64,000 nt of DNA from Octopus sinensis (taxonomy: Eukaryota), in assembly GCF_006345805.1 (NCBI RefSeq), contig NC_042997.1, positions 59,086,001 to 59,150,000 on the forward strand, read 5' to 3'. Position numbers and translations under genes: made by a program. Shown piece after piece: positions 51,611-64,000 of the stretch; position 1 is the first letter of the stretch, and each line of letters begins with the position of its first letter. The notes under the pieces are model-generated. The model ran no database searches. It had not been told where the DNA came from and saw only the letters and a program-made list of their open reading frames with translations.

Positions 51611-53545
51611 TTAAGTACACCAACATGAGTTGTCAAATACACCAACACCAGTTGACATGCAGCAGGAGCAATTGCAAGGGTTCTAGTTGCATTGTAATAA
51701 TGTTAGCATTTGACACAATTGCCTTAGTTACGTCCCTTCAAGTTTTGTGTTCAAATCCCACCATGATCAACTTTGTCTCTTTTCTTTCAGAATTACTAAA
51801 ATAAGTAGCAGTGAAGTATGTCAGGTATTTAGGTTGATCAAACTGACATGCTCCTACCCCAAATTTGTGGCTTCAGTGCCAATGTTAGAAATATTTGATA
51901 TTATTATTATTATTGAGTTGATGCAATGTCTAAATAGATCTGTGATCCCTGATGCAAGAAGTCCAGTCCTGGTGTTGGTATGAAGTGATATTCTTGTGCA
52001 AATTATTTATCTTATCATGTTTTTATCAGTTATAATATGTTTGTGTAGCCATATCTAAAATGTATTACTAGTAGAATGTTAATGTTACTGTTTTCACTCT
52101 ATTTGATCAGAATGTCACTGATGTGTAATGATGTGTAATATCCAAAAAAGGAAATGAAATACAATAGAAAATATTTTGTCACAAGCAGGAATATATTTAA
52201 TATATCTTCTTACAATCATGGATTTCATTAGATAATGCTAACTTCCTGGTGGATTGACTAAAGACCTAGATCTTACTCCTGTTTGATAGATAACTGATAA
52301 ATAAAAGTTTGATTAAACTGCAAATCAATAAAATCCTTTCTACCATGGGTACAAGGCCTGAAATCTGGGGCAGTAGGGGTGCTAGTTGATTACATCAAGC
52401 CTAGTGCACACCTGGTACTTATTTTATCAACCCTAAAGGATGAAAGGCAAGGTAAACCTCGGCAGAATTTGAACTCAAAAGTAAAGATGGATGAAATGCT
52501 GCTAAACGTTTTGCCTGGCATGCTAACCATTCTGCCAGCTTTCCACCTCTTACTGAAAATTAATGTAATGTAAGTAAATGCCTCAACTCCTTTGAATTCT
52601 CATTCTAATCTCAGCTTCCATCATAGTATGAAACAATTCCTATTAAGATCCTTAGAAGACAACAAGGCTGATTTGAATATATAAATGATTTGAATATATA
52701 AATGTGTGTGCAGGTATTGCTGTGTGGTAAGAAGTTTGCTTCCTAACCACATGGTTCCAGGTTCAATTCCACTGCATGACACCTTGGGCAGGCGTCTTTC
52801 CCTGCTATAGCCTCAGGCTAACCAAAGCTTTGTAAGCAGATTTGGTAGACAGAAGTTGGAAGCCCATTGTATGTGTGTGTGTGTGTGCTTGTGTACCCCA
52901 CCACTACTTGACAACCGGTGTTGGTGTGTTTACATCCCTATAACTTAGCATTTCAACAACAGAGACCAATAGAATAAGTACTGGCCTTAAAAAAAAGTTC
53001 TGGGGTGGATTCATTTGACTAAAAATTCTTCAAGATGGTGCCCCAGCACGACTGCAGTGTAATGGCTGAAACAAGTAAAAAACAAAAGATGTGTATGTGT
53101 CTGTTTTAAAGAGATTTGTTGTGTAAGCCTGGAACAATGCAAGAAGATACAAAGTAAACTACAAAAAGAAAACAAAACAAAACAAAACAAAGTTGCAATG
53201 TTACTTTGTGTTTTTATATTTTAGGGTAAGGACATTTTATATTTTAGGGTAAGCAGTAGTTTGAAAAAGTCATTGCTCAGATATGTGGGAGAGGAAGGAG
53301 GGAGGTGACATATGCAGACTGGTATTGCAATAGCTTCTATTTATCTATTTAGATTTTAATATTTACTCTTTTACTTGTTTCAACCATTTGACTGTGGCCA
53401 TGCTGGAGCACCGCCTTTAGTTGAGCAAATCAACCCCAGAACTTATTCTTTGGATACTTATTCTAGTGGTCTCTTTTGCCGAACCGCTAAGTTACGGTGA
53501 CGTAAACACACCAGCATTGGTTGTCAAGCGATGTTGGGGGACAAT

Positions 53546-53596
<51 letters not shown>

Positions 53597-54569
53597 CATA
53601 TATACATATATACGATGGGCTTCTTTCAGTTTCCATCTACCAAATCCACTCACAAGGCTTTGGTCGACCCGAGGCTATAGTAGAAGACACTTGCCCAAAG
53701 TGCACACAGTGGGATTGAACCTGGAACCATGTGATTGGTAAACAAGCTACTTACCACGCAGCCACTCCTATGCCTATATTAAAGAATTTCGAGTAACAAC
53801 ATACTTATAGTCTTTATCATCATCATCATTTAACATCAACTCTTCATGCTAATGTGTGTTTTGACAGGAGTTGGTAAGCCAATGGACTATGTCAAGCTCC
53901 ACTGTTTGCTTTGACATACTTTCCATGGCTGGATAGTCTTCCTAACACCAACCACTTTACAGAGAGTGTACTGGGTGCTTTTTTCGTGACACCAGCACCA
54001 GCAAGGTCAACAAGTAATTTGCAGTTCTATCTTCTAAAGAAATATTAGTTGGCTTTGTGTCCAAAAGATAAATACCTATTCTGAAACAAGCTTTGACCCA
54101 ATTGTACTGTTATCTATCCTCTATATTTATTTATTATCTATTTATGAATCACTGTGCATAAAAGTGAAATAATATTTGATGTTCGAAACATTAAAAAGCT
54201 AAAATGGGATTAAATAATCAATTAAAAAATATTAGTTGATGTCAGTATTATTTATTATCTCTTTTTTTACTGATAAGCATAAAAGATAATTCCAGGCATG
54301 TTCTTGCTTTACTGAGCATCATCAACAGAAGTGTAACCTGCCAAAGTAAATTGCTAAATAAATATACATTTATATATATTTGCTGATGTAGAAAAAGAGT
54401 ATTATTTAGAATTAAATAACTACATAGTTTCAGGTTCAGTCCTTCTGCATGGCATCTTAGACAAGTGTTTGTTACTTATAGCCCCAGGCTGACCAAAACC
54501 TTATTAGTGGGTTTTTGTAAACAGAAACTGAATAAAACCCGTGTGTGTATGTGTGTGTGTACGTGCATG

Positions 54570-54602
<33 letters not shown>

Positions 54603-56792
54603 TACTGCCTCTTTGCATTGATATTGCAAACTAGTTGGTTGTAAGCAAGTGTCCCCATCATGAAAGTGGTTTCTTGCATTTCCAATCTTCCAAGACATGT
54701 CTGGTCATGAGGAAATATTACTTCACTTGGAAACAGGTGAGGATTGATATGAGGAAGGGCATCCAGCCATAGAAAATCCACATCAGCAAATTCTGTGTCA
54801 CCCATGCAAGTATGGAACAGTGGGCCTTCAATAATGATGACAACAACAACAATGTTGATATTGAGTAAGTAAAGGTATATTTAATACATTAGGGACCATA
54901 ACCTCGTGGCCTTTACCAGGAGTGTAACCAGCCTACTTATGTGTACCTTTCCTTTATTGGACACTAAACTCTGCTTGCGAAGACCTGTTGAGGCAAGAGA
55001 AATTGAAATCAAATTTGATGACTGGCATCCGTGCTAGCAGAGTGCTAAGAGCACCATCCAAGCGTGATCATGGCCAGAACAGCTAACTGGCTTCCATGCT
55101 GGTGGCACATAAGAAGCACCATTTGAGTGTGATCATTACCAGCGTCGCCTTACTGGCACTTGTGCTAGTGGCACATGAAAAAACATTCGAGCGAGGTCGT
55201 TGCCAATGCCACTGGACTGGCTCCTGTGCAGGTGGCACATAAAAAAACTCTATTTGAGCGTGGCCATTGCCAGTACCGCCTGACTGGCCCTCATGCCAGT
55301 GGCACGTAAAATCACCCACTATACTCTTGGAGTGGTTGGCATTAGGAAGGGCATACAGCTGTAGAAACTCTGCCAGATCAAGATTGGAGCCTGGTGCAGC
55401 CTTCTGGTTCACCAGACGTCAGTCAAATCATCCAACCCATGCTAGCATGGAAAGCCAACGTTAAACGATGATGATGATGAGAGATTGGCTCTGTTAACTT
55501 CATAGATAAGATAAGGAAAACAGTAGTATTTTATTTTTTACTGAAGTTAATGATAGCATTGATGGAGTGTTATAACCTCAAAAAGTTGTGTCATTAAATC
55601 AACTCAACAGAAAGTTATTGTTACTTCATAGTGTTAAGCTAGTAATTTTAGGAAAATATTCCCACTTTTAAGGAAATTAGCTATTTTCTCCACATTTCAT
55701 TTTCTGTACATTATTCAAATTACAGACCAATGAATCTATGTTTAAATACAATGGCAACAGAAACTTTAATACCACACTAATTAAAATGGTTTTTATATAT
55801 TTTACAATCCACCTGATAAAGAAATAAATATTCTTTACAGTTATATCATTGCAAAACTATAAAAAATTGCATCTTAATCATCATCATCATCATCATCATC
55901 ATCGTTTAGCGTCCGTTTTCCATGCTAGCATGGGTTGGATGGTTCTACTGGGGTCTGTGAAGCCAGAAGGCTTCATCAGGCCCAGTCAAATCTGGCAGTG
56001 TTTCTACGGCTGGATGCCTTTCCTAATGCTAATGGAAAAAATTATTAGTTTTGATTCTTCCCAGTGAATTGTAGTTTAATCAAGGGTCAATGACAATAGA
56101 AGAATTCAAAGTCAAAGCCAACCTAATTGTGATAATTCCATCTATTAGGTTTTTTTTTTCAGACAGTCTGGGGTATTATTATCCCATGCTTTCATCCATT
56201 CTTTAAACATGGTTAGGATAAGATTTGAAGGAGATTTAGTTTTTATTTCTGATAGTTTCGGTGACCACTTAGAGGTTCACTATTGACTCATATCCAACAG
56301 GTCATTCATTGAAAGTAGCTGATCTGATATCAGTTAGAGCAGTTGTTCCTTAACATTAAAGAGTTAGAGGCAGTAGTTAGAGCAAGTAATTTAATGCAAG
56401 GGAAAGAGATGGGTTTTTTTGGAGGGGCTTTTTTTTCTCTTTTGGATAAAGGTGATTTCCATGTCTTCTGTCATTGTAGGAAGACAATTGGTTAATTAAA
56501 AAAAAAAACAGTAGCTTATATAAAATAATAATAAACAACATCAACGATATGAACCACAATGATGATGATCATCATCATAATGTTCATAATGATCATGGTT
56601 ATGGTGATGATGTTTCAAAGAATACAACAAAAACCCTGTTTTATTTGTTTAATAAGTGTATTGATCTCAGCTGTTGTCTGCTCAAGGTCAGGAGTGAGTC
56701 AACACTGCTACCTGGCTTATCTGGCCATTATTTAACAACACACACACATTCACACGCACACACGTATGTGTGTATATATATATACATATATT

Positions 56793-56824
<32 letters not shown>

Positions 56825-56829
56825 ATATA

Positions 56830-56923
<94 letters not shown>

Positions 56924-56924
56924 T

Positions 56925-57022
<98 letters not shown>

Positions 57023-58488
57023 AAGAAAGACAGACAGAGACAACACATACACACACACATACACACACAAGTGCATGCGCACACACATGACTTGTAGATT
57101 GAAAAATAAAGTGAATGTGTAATTGTATGAGATTGTGAGATAGATAAATTTAGAAAGAGACAGAGAGGACAAAAAGGAAGGTAAGATAAGAAGATAATGA
57201 ACTAGACAGAGGTATGTATGATTTGAATGTGTGATAGTGTGTATTTATCAGGTTCTAATGTATGTTTGATACGTTCTGGCTTATATGTTTAAAGGGCAAA
57301 GTAATAGAACTTATTAATATTTGTAGCATTGTAAGGCAATGAGCTAGCAGAACTGTTAGCACACCAGGCAAAATTCTTAGCAGCATTTCATCTGTTATGA
57401 GTTCAAATCCTGCCAAGGTCAACTTTGCCGTTCATCCTTCTGGGTTCAATAAAATAAGTACCAGTTGAGCACTGGGGTTGATGTAATCGATTTACACCCA
57501 TCCCCAAACTTTCTGGCCTTGTGCCAAAAATTTGAAACCAATAGTTGTAGCATTGCAAGGCAACAAGCTAGCAGAACCCAGCACACTATATAAGATCCTT
57601 AGCAGCATTTCATCTATCTTTATGTTCTGAGTTCAAATCTGCCTTTAATCCATCTGAGGTCAATAAAATAAGTACCAGTTGAGCTCTGGGGTCGATGTAA
57701 TCGACTTATCCCTCCCACCCAGCTTGTAGGACTTGTGCCAAAAATTAATGAAATTAATATCTGTAACATTGTTCCATTCACCAACAAAACTACCACACAG
57801 TGATATCTATACTGAAAAATATAACCAGGAATAAGATAAAAGCGATTACAGAAGAATGGCAAAATCTCCAATAAGGAAATATTTTCGTTTTAAGTAAAGT
57901 TTCTGAATTATACTCCTTGTAGAAATATAATTTTATCATAATCACTTTTATCATTACCATTTTGCATCCATTTTTCCATGCTGGTGTGGGTTTGGCTGAG
58001 TTTTTCAGGGCTGACCATTTCTCATTTGAAGCTCCTGCTTTCCTGAATCAGGAATCAGATCTCACTCAATGCATTCCATTTTCACCATATTTTCTAAGGT
58101 AGGATGCCCTTCATATTAGTTTCAAATTTTGGCACAAAGCCAGCAATTTCAGGGGAGTGAGGAAGTTCATTACATCAACCCCAGTAATCAACTGGTTCTT
58201 ATTTCATCACCCCATAAGGATGAAAGGCAAAGTCGACCCTGACAGGATTTTAACTCAGAACATAAAGACAAACAAAATACCATTAAGTATTTTTTTGCAT
58301 ACCCTTTATATCACCAGCCATCTTACTAAATGTACAAGGTGTATTTTATCATGGTACCTGCACTAGTGAAGTAATCAGAAGTAGTCCTCAGTAAGATCAA
58401 GAGTTCTTTCTAATTATATGATGTTGTTATCATTCATTCTTTCACCATCACCAGAGGATGATATGATATGTATATATATATATATTTA

Positions 58489-58626
58489 TATATAAGAATT
58501 TTTTGCGTAATAAGATAAAAAAACTAAGGCTGTATAGATATTAGAGCATTTATAGTTAGAAGGTAATGGTCTAATATCTATACAGCTTTGGTTTTTTTAT
58601 CTTATTACGCAAAAAATTCTTATATA
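58489..58626. repeat. Inverted repeat, 57-bp arms with 24-nt loop
   Basis: TATATAAGAATTTTTTGCGTAATAAGAT...GATATTAGA pairs with TCTAATATC...ATCTTATTACGCAAAAAATTCTTATATA. Confidence 0.85.
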
Positions 58627-58760
58627 CACACACTGACATAGAACCAACGTTGAACCCTTTATTCGCAATATTACCAAATCTGGAACTTTAATTATGGTTT
58701 GTCTATAGCACTTATTCAGCATTAATCTGACACCTTTGGGTCTTAATGACACCATTATCT

Positions 58761-58803
<43 letters not shown>

Positions 58804-59216
58804 ATATATATAGAGGATCTTATACAAAAATTCTATAATTATGAGTATAATTATAATTAGGGTTCAGCAAAAATTTGCTTCACCACATACCGAAATTCAG
58901 AAATAGCAGTTAAAACTAATTATTTCACTACCACAAGAAAAATCTCCCAGACAGCAATATTCAACAACTCATGCAAGTAAAGAGAAAAAAATAATGAATC
59001 CACCCAGCTTTGATTAATTGTATACGCGTTTCGGAGTTAGAGAGATGTGAAAAATGTAAAACCATATTGAATTAATAATTCACACGATAATTATTAATTC
59101 ACATAATAAGATACAAGGTAATAAAGATTCACAAGTTACAACACGGAGTCCAGTGCAAAATTTTAAATTATACAACATTAACAGGACATACTAATACATG
59201 AACATAATGTTCTATT

Positions 59217-59294
59217 GACGGGCCGTTTTGGAGACGTGTCCGATAATATGGCATAAATTTCATATTTTAGTGAAGCAGGCACTCCCTTCATCAG
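59217..59294 (-). ncRNA. Degenerate hammerhead ribozyme motif (Penelope-like terminal repeat)
   Basis: Minus strand CTGATGA-A-GGGAG...CTCC-AAAA-CGGCCCG-TC, with GAAA changed to AAAA. An intact second 3' half, CTCC-GAAA-CGCG-TA, lies at 59023-59036. Confidence 0.45.
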
Positions 59295-60002
59295 GATGCT
59301 TCATAACACGAAAGACACAATGACAGCAACATATAAAAGGACAACTTACTTCGTTACATTCTAACCAATTTCAAAAGTCTTATATTATGTTGATGTTTTA
59401 TATTTTGCCTGCATATATATGAGCATTTTTAAATATTTTTAAATACCTACGAGTTTTTATCTTATATCAAATCAACGTTTTTTATATCTATTTATATATC
59501 TATTTATGTATTTATATATTTTTAAAATGTCAACATATTTTTTAATATTTTAAAATATTTGCATATTTTTAAATATTAAATATTTATATGTTTATATACT
59601 TGTATGTTTTTAATACTGTATTATCTGGAACTTTATATTGATTTATTAATGTCCAATGAAGGTACACATATATATTGAATATTCTACTGGACAATAGGTC
59701 ATGTTCTTCTAGTTTTCTGCTGGTATTGCCTCCATTCAAATTATATACATACATATATATATACACACATATATATACACATATATATACATACATATAT
59801 ATATACATATATATATATATACATATATATATATTCATATATATAAACATATATATATATACTATATATATACACATATATATATACACATATATATATA
59901 TACATATATACATATACATATATATACATACATACACATATATATATACGTATATATATATATATATACATACATATATATATTATACCAAATCAAAATA
60001 GA

Positions 60003-60478
60003 TGAACATCAAGGGAATTTGTATCTTTGTGGTACCAGTGCCGGTGGCACATAAGAAAACCATCCGAACGTGGCTGTAGCCAGTACCACATTGACTGGCC
60101 TCCGTGCTGTGGGCATGTAACAAACACCATCCGATCATGGCCATTCGCCAGCCTCGTCTGGCACCTGTGTCGGTGGCACATAAAAAACACCATCCGAGCG
60201 TGGCCATCTGCCAGCCTCGTCTGGCACCTGTGTCGGTGGCACATAAAAAGCACCTTCCAAGCGTGGCCGTTCGCCAGCCTCGTCTGGCACCTGTGTCGGT
60301 GGCACATAAAATCACCCACTACACTCTCGGAGTGGTTGGCATTAGGAAGGGCATCCAGCTGTAGAAACACTACCAGATCTGACTGGCCTGGTGCAGCCTT
60401 TGGGCTCCCCAGACCCCAGTTGAACCGTCCAACCCATGCTAGCATGGAAAGCGGACGTTAAACGATGATGATGATGAT
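60003..60478 (+). mobile_element. RTE-related short retroposon with internal ~62-bp VNTR (3 near-identical units)
   Basis: Reverse complement of the 23.4-24.0 kb element, with the same 5' end (GAACATCAA.GGAATTTGTATCTTTGTGGTACC) and fewer repeat units. Confidence 0.85.
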
Positions 60479-60481
60479 GTA

Positions 60482-60515
<34 letters not shown>

Positions 60516-61060
60516 CATATATCGGGCATGGCTGTGTGGTTAGGGACCTTGCTTCCTAGCTACACGGTTTTGGGTTCAGTCCCACTGCGTGGCACTTTGG
60601 GTAGGTGTCTTCCACTATAGCCCCGAGCCAACCGGAGCTTTGTGATTGAATTCGGTAGGTGGAAGTTACTGCCGTGTGTGTATGTGTGCATATAGCTGCT
60701 CAGTGACTCTCCGAAAGAGAGAGAGGGTATACATATATATACATATATATATATACATACATACATATATATATATATATACATATATATAATATATATA
60801 TATATATAACACAAATATATATATATATATATATATATACATAATATATATATATATATATATATAACACAAATAAGAAAATGGAGAAACAATTTAGTTG
60901 GTTCATCAGCTTTCGGATATTAGAATGTTAAATTATTTATTCATTTAACAAAAATGAGAACCTTAATAGCATACATATATACATTATAATTCAATACATA
61001 TAAGATAAGAATACAATTATAAAAATCATAATATAAATTACTAAAATCATTAAAATCACT

Positions 61061-61188
61061 CCTTATAGCTGTTTCAGCCTATGGATAAAAGTGGTTTTTT
61101 TTTCATGCCTATAGTTGTCAATTATATTGAGGTTGTAGGCATTTAAAAATAGGGTACTTATATATATAACCATAGGCCTCATCAGAGG
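61061..61188 (-). ncRNA. Type I hammerhead ribozyme-like motif with ~90-nt loop II
   Basis: Minus strand CCT-CTGATGA-GGCCTATGG...CCATAGGCT-GAAA-CAGCTA-TA-AGG. Helix I is CCT/AGG, helix II is 9 bp, and helix III is near-palindromic with one mismatch. Confidence 0.65.
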
Positions 61189-61714
61189 CCTATAGTCATA
61201 TATATAGTTTTTTACTGCTCTTTCTAACACAAGGCTTGCCTATTTGGAAGCCTCTTAATGTGTCTTAATGTACATATTTTTATGCGAATAATATATAGTC
61301 TATTGACTAATTTTTTTTTTTGTGCTAGGCCACTGGTAATAATAATTTCTATAATTCTTATTACCCTGATACTATTCACTATGTTTAGATATTTTTTGAT
61401 AAATTTGTTCGAAATTTTACCAACATCCTCTCTGTCGCCAGAAATAAACTGCATTTGCGTAGTGGTTTTGAAAAGTTAGGATATACAGGCAGCTAGTTTA
61501 CATGTGGATCTAGTTGTGTGTATATTTAAAATCTAAAGACTAGCCTCAGTAAATATGTTTTTACTGGAATTAGTCAGAAACCATGGTCTAAGAACTAAAT
61601 TAGATGGCAAACATTTTAAATTTTCATTCCTTTCGTGAATTTATCCCTAATTAGTGTTTTGAATTTTCTACTGCTCTTTCTAGCACAAGGCTTTCCTATT
61701 TGGAAGCCTCTTAA

Positions 61715-62160
61715 TATATACATACATATACATACATATATATATGCATATATACATACATATATATACACACATATATATATACACACATATATATATA
61801 CACACATATATATATACACACATATATATATATAAACACATATATATATACACACATATATATATATAAACACACATATACATATATATATACACATATA
61901 CATAAATATATACACACACATATACATATATATATATACACATATACATAAATATATACACATATATATACACATATACATAAATATATACACATATATA
62001 TACACATATACATAAATATATACACATATATATACACATATACATAAATATATACACATATATGTATATATATATACATACGCATATATATATATATATA
62101 CGCATATATATATATATATACACACACAATATACATACATACTTGCACACATATATATCA
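61715..62160. repeat. (TA/CA) microsatellite with 32-bp higher-order units
   Basis: CATAAATATATACACATAT recurs at 61947, 61979, 62011 and 62043. Confidence 0.85.
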
Positions 62161-64000
62161 ACAGGCTATAGCAAAATTTTTCACCATCCTGAAAGGTCAC
62201 AGTTTAAGTTCTGTTGTGATAAGTTATAAGTTAAAATTGATCTCATTAGCTTTTGACAAGATTTAAACTATCAAACCATAAAACTACAGGCTTTGAAATT
62301 GTAACTAATAAGTATCAATTCTAGTGTTCTTCCCACTGCATTTGCTTGATCCCACCAAGCTTCCGTTGTTTTAGAATTGCCATATAATCACTAGAATTGA
62401 AAAAGATTAATGATGGTCTATATTAGCAGTGATTGTTATGGTAGTGTTAAGAAAGCACTAATATCACCCAACACACTGTTACCTCTGTCTTTGATATATG
62501 TTCTTTTTCAATACAATTAGAATATTGCATGTATAAAAAAAAGTTAATTTCAGCATTGAGACAAATTTTAAGCTCTTTCCACATTGCCCACAATCTTATA
62601 TATATTGCATGCATTTATGCAAAAAATTCCATAGATTCTCGTTGCTTACTATCCTGATGAAGAAAATCTGAAAATTCAGTAGGTAACATTTGATGTAGTA
62701 ATTTATATAACCCTCACCAATTAGTAACACCCACCCCACTTAATGACTACTGCTGCATTCTCTCCACTAATACCATATTGCAACTATAATTCTATTCCTC
62801 TTATATTACTTACCCATTCTCATGCCTCCCTAGAATCATCACCCGCTCTGTCTTCTACTCTCCCTCAGTTATAGGGGCCATTCTGAGCCCTTAGTCTTGC
62901 AAGTTACAAGGCAATCTTCTCTAGTCCTGGTACCATGAAAAAAAGCACTTGGAACATTTTGTAAAGTGGTTGGCATAAGGAAAGACATCCAGCGATAGAA
63001 TCCATGCTAAAGCAGACACTGGAAAATGACACACTGCTCTAACTCTCAGATCCTATTGAACCAATACATGCCAGTGTGGAAGCCAAACATTAAACGATAA
63101 CAATGATGCCAATAGTTCAACAGAATGCATAATTAGATAACTGACACTATTACACTAACAGTAAGAAAAAAATGCAGATGATTAAACACTAATAATCTAT
63201 GAAATCAGTCCTAAATATATTTCTCGCTCTCTCTTTTAGAATGTTTTTTCCGATCCTACTGTTGATTTTCTATTTACTTTTTAAAAGTTTCATTGCTCCA
63301 CAAATGTCTGAGGTCAATGCATGAGAGCAAGGGATGTAACTCTGAAAATTCATAATCATTTACTTCAATGTTTTATAGTGTTCCAAGAAAATTTGATGTA
63401 CAAGATTAGGCGTTCTTTAAATTTTTTTTCAAATTCATTCATTTTTAAAATGGTACAGCAATTTTTTTCTATATATTAATAAATTTTCTAAAACAGTTGT
63501 TTGCTTCACTTCATCCCTTATTAATATTGGGTAGCAGGATTTGTCTGAAAAAAAATATAGGTATGGATTCCATAATCTTTGGAAAATCATATAGTTCTAT
63601 GAAGAAAATAGTTTAGGAACCACAGATCTACTCCACACTAACATAGGTTTTTGATTACAGTCATATACCATTTATGTTATGAATACTGAAAATTGATTTA
63701 GAAAGAAACTTTAGAGGCATGTTAGCTATTGCTCTAGTACCCTTCTATCAATGAAAATTTACAGCAGCTCCTAAAGAATCATGTTATTTCAGTGTAATAG
63801 AGTATTTGCTTTGAGAAGACCTTGCAAACCAAATGAGATCGTAGCCATGGCCTAGGCCAGTGTGGCATAACTGGCCTATTTAAAAGTACTCTTCAATCAT
63901 CAGGCAATAATGCTGTGCTTGAGAAGACCTTAAGTCAAGTGAAATTGTTGTCATGGCCAATGCCAGTACCACCTGACTGCCATCCATGCCAGTGGTTTGT

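Overview
AT-rich, microsatellite-dense eukaryotic DNA. The repeat families look like those of an octopus (coleoid cephalopod) genome; this is recognition from memory, not a database match. No prokaryotic genes, operons or CRISPR are present. Most of 1-43.3 kb appears to be the introns of one minus-strand gene. Its 578-nt first coding exon (43327-42750) encodes an Asn/Ser-rich low-complexity N-terminus and sits in a CpG-retaining promoter region. Two well-supported internal exons (15186-14935, 3927-3831) resemble, by eye only, the helical bundle that precedes VPS9 (Rab5-GEF) domains, and several weaker exon candidates are phase-compatible. The rest is a patchwork of decayed mobile DNA: a near full-length Tx1/L1 LINE (29.4-34.6 kb), RTE, CR1 and Penelope-like fragments, three abundant SINE-like families, piggyBac- and hAT-type MITEs, non-autonomous Helitrons and a palindromic mariner derivative. 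The most unusual observations are several degenerate hammerhead-ribozyme motifs, the tail-to-tail mariner foldback, an RTE LINE whose 3' end matches the commonest short repeat, and a candidate membrane-anchor alternative last exon. Two tandem duplications and one CpG-rich patch may be assembly artefacts. Almost all ORFs in the supplied track are spurious repeat translations.
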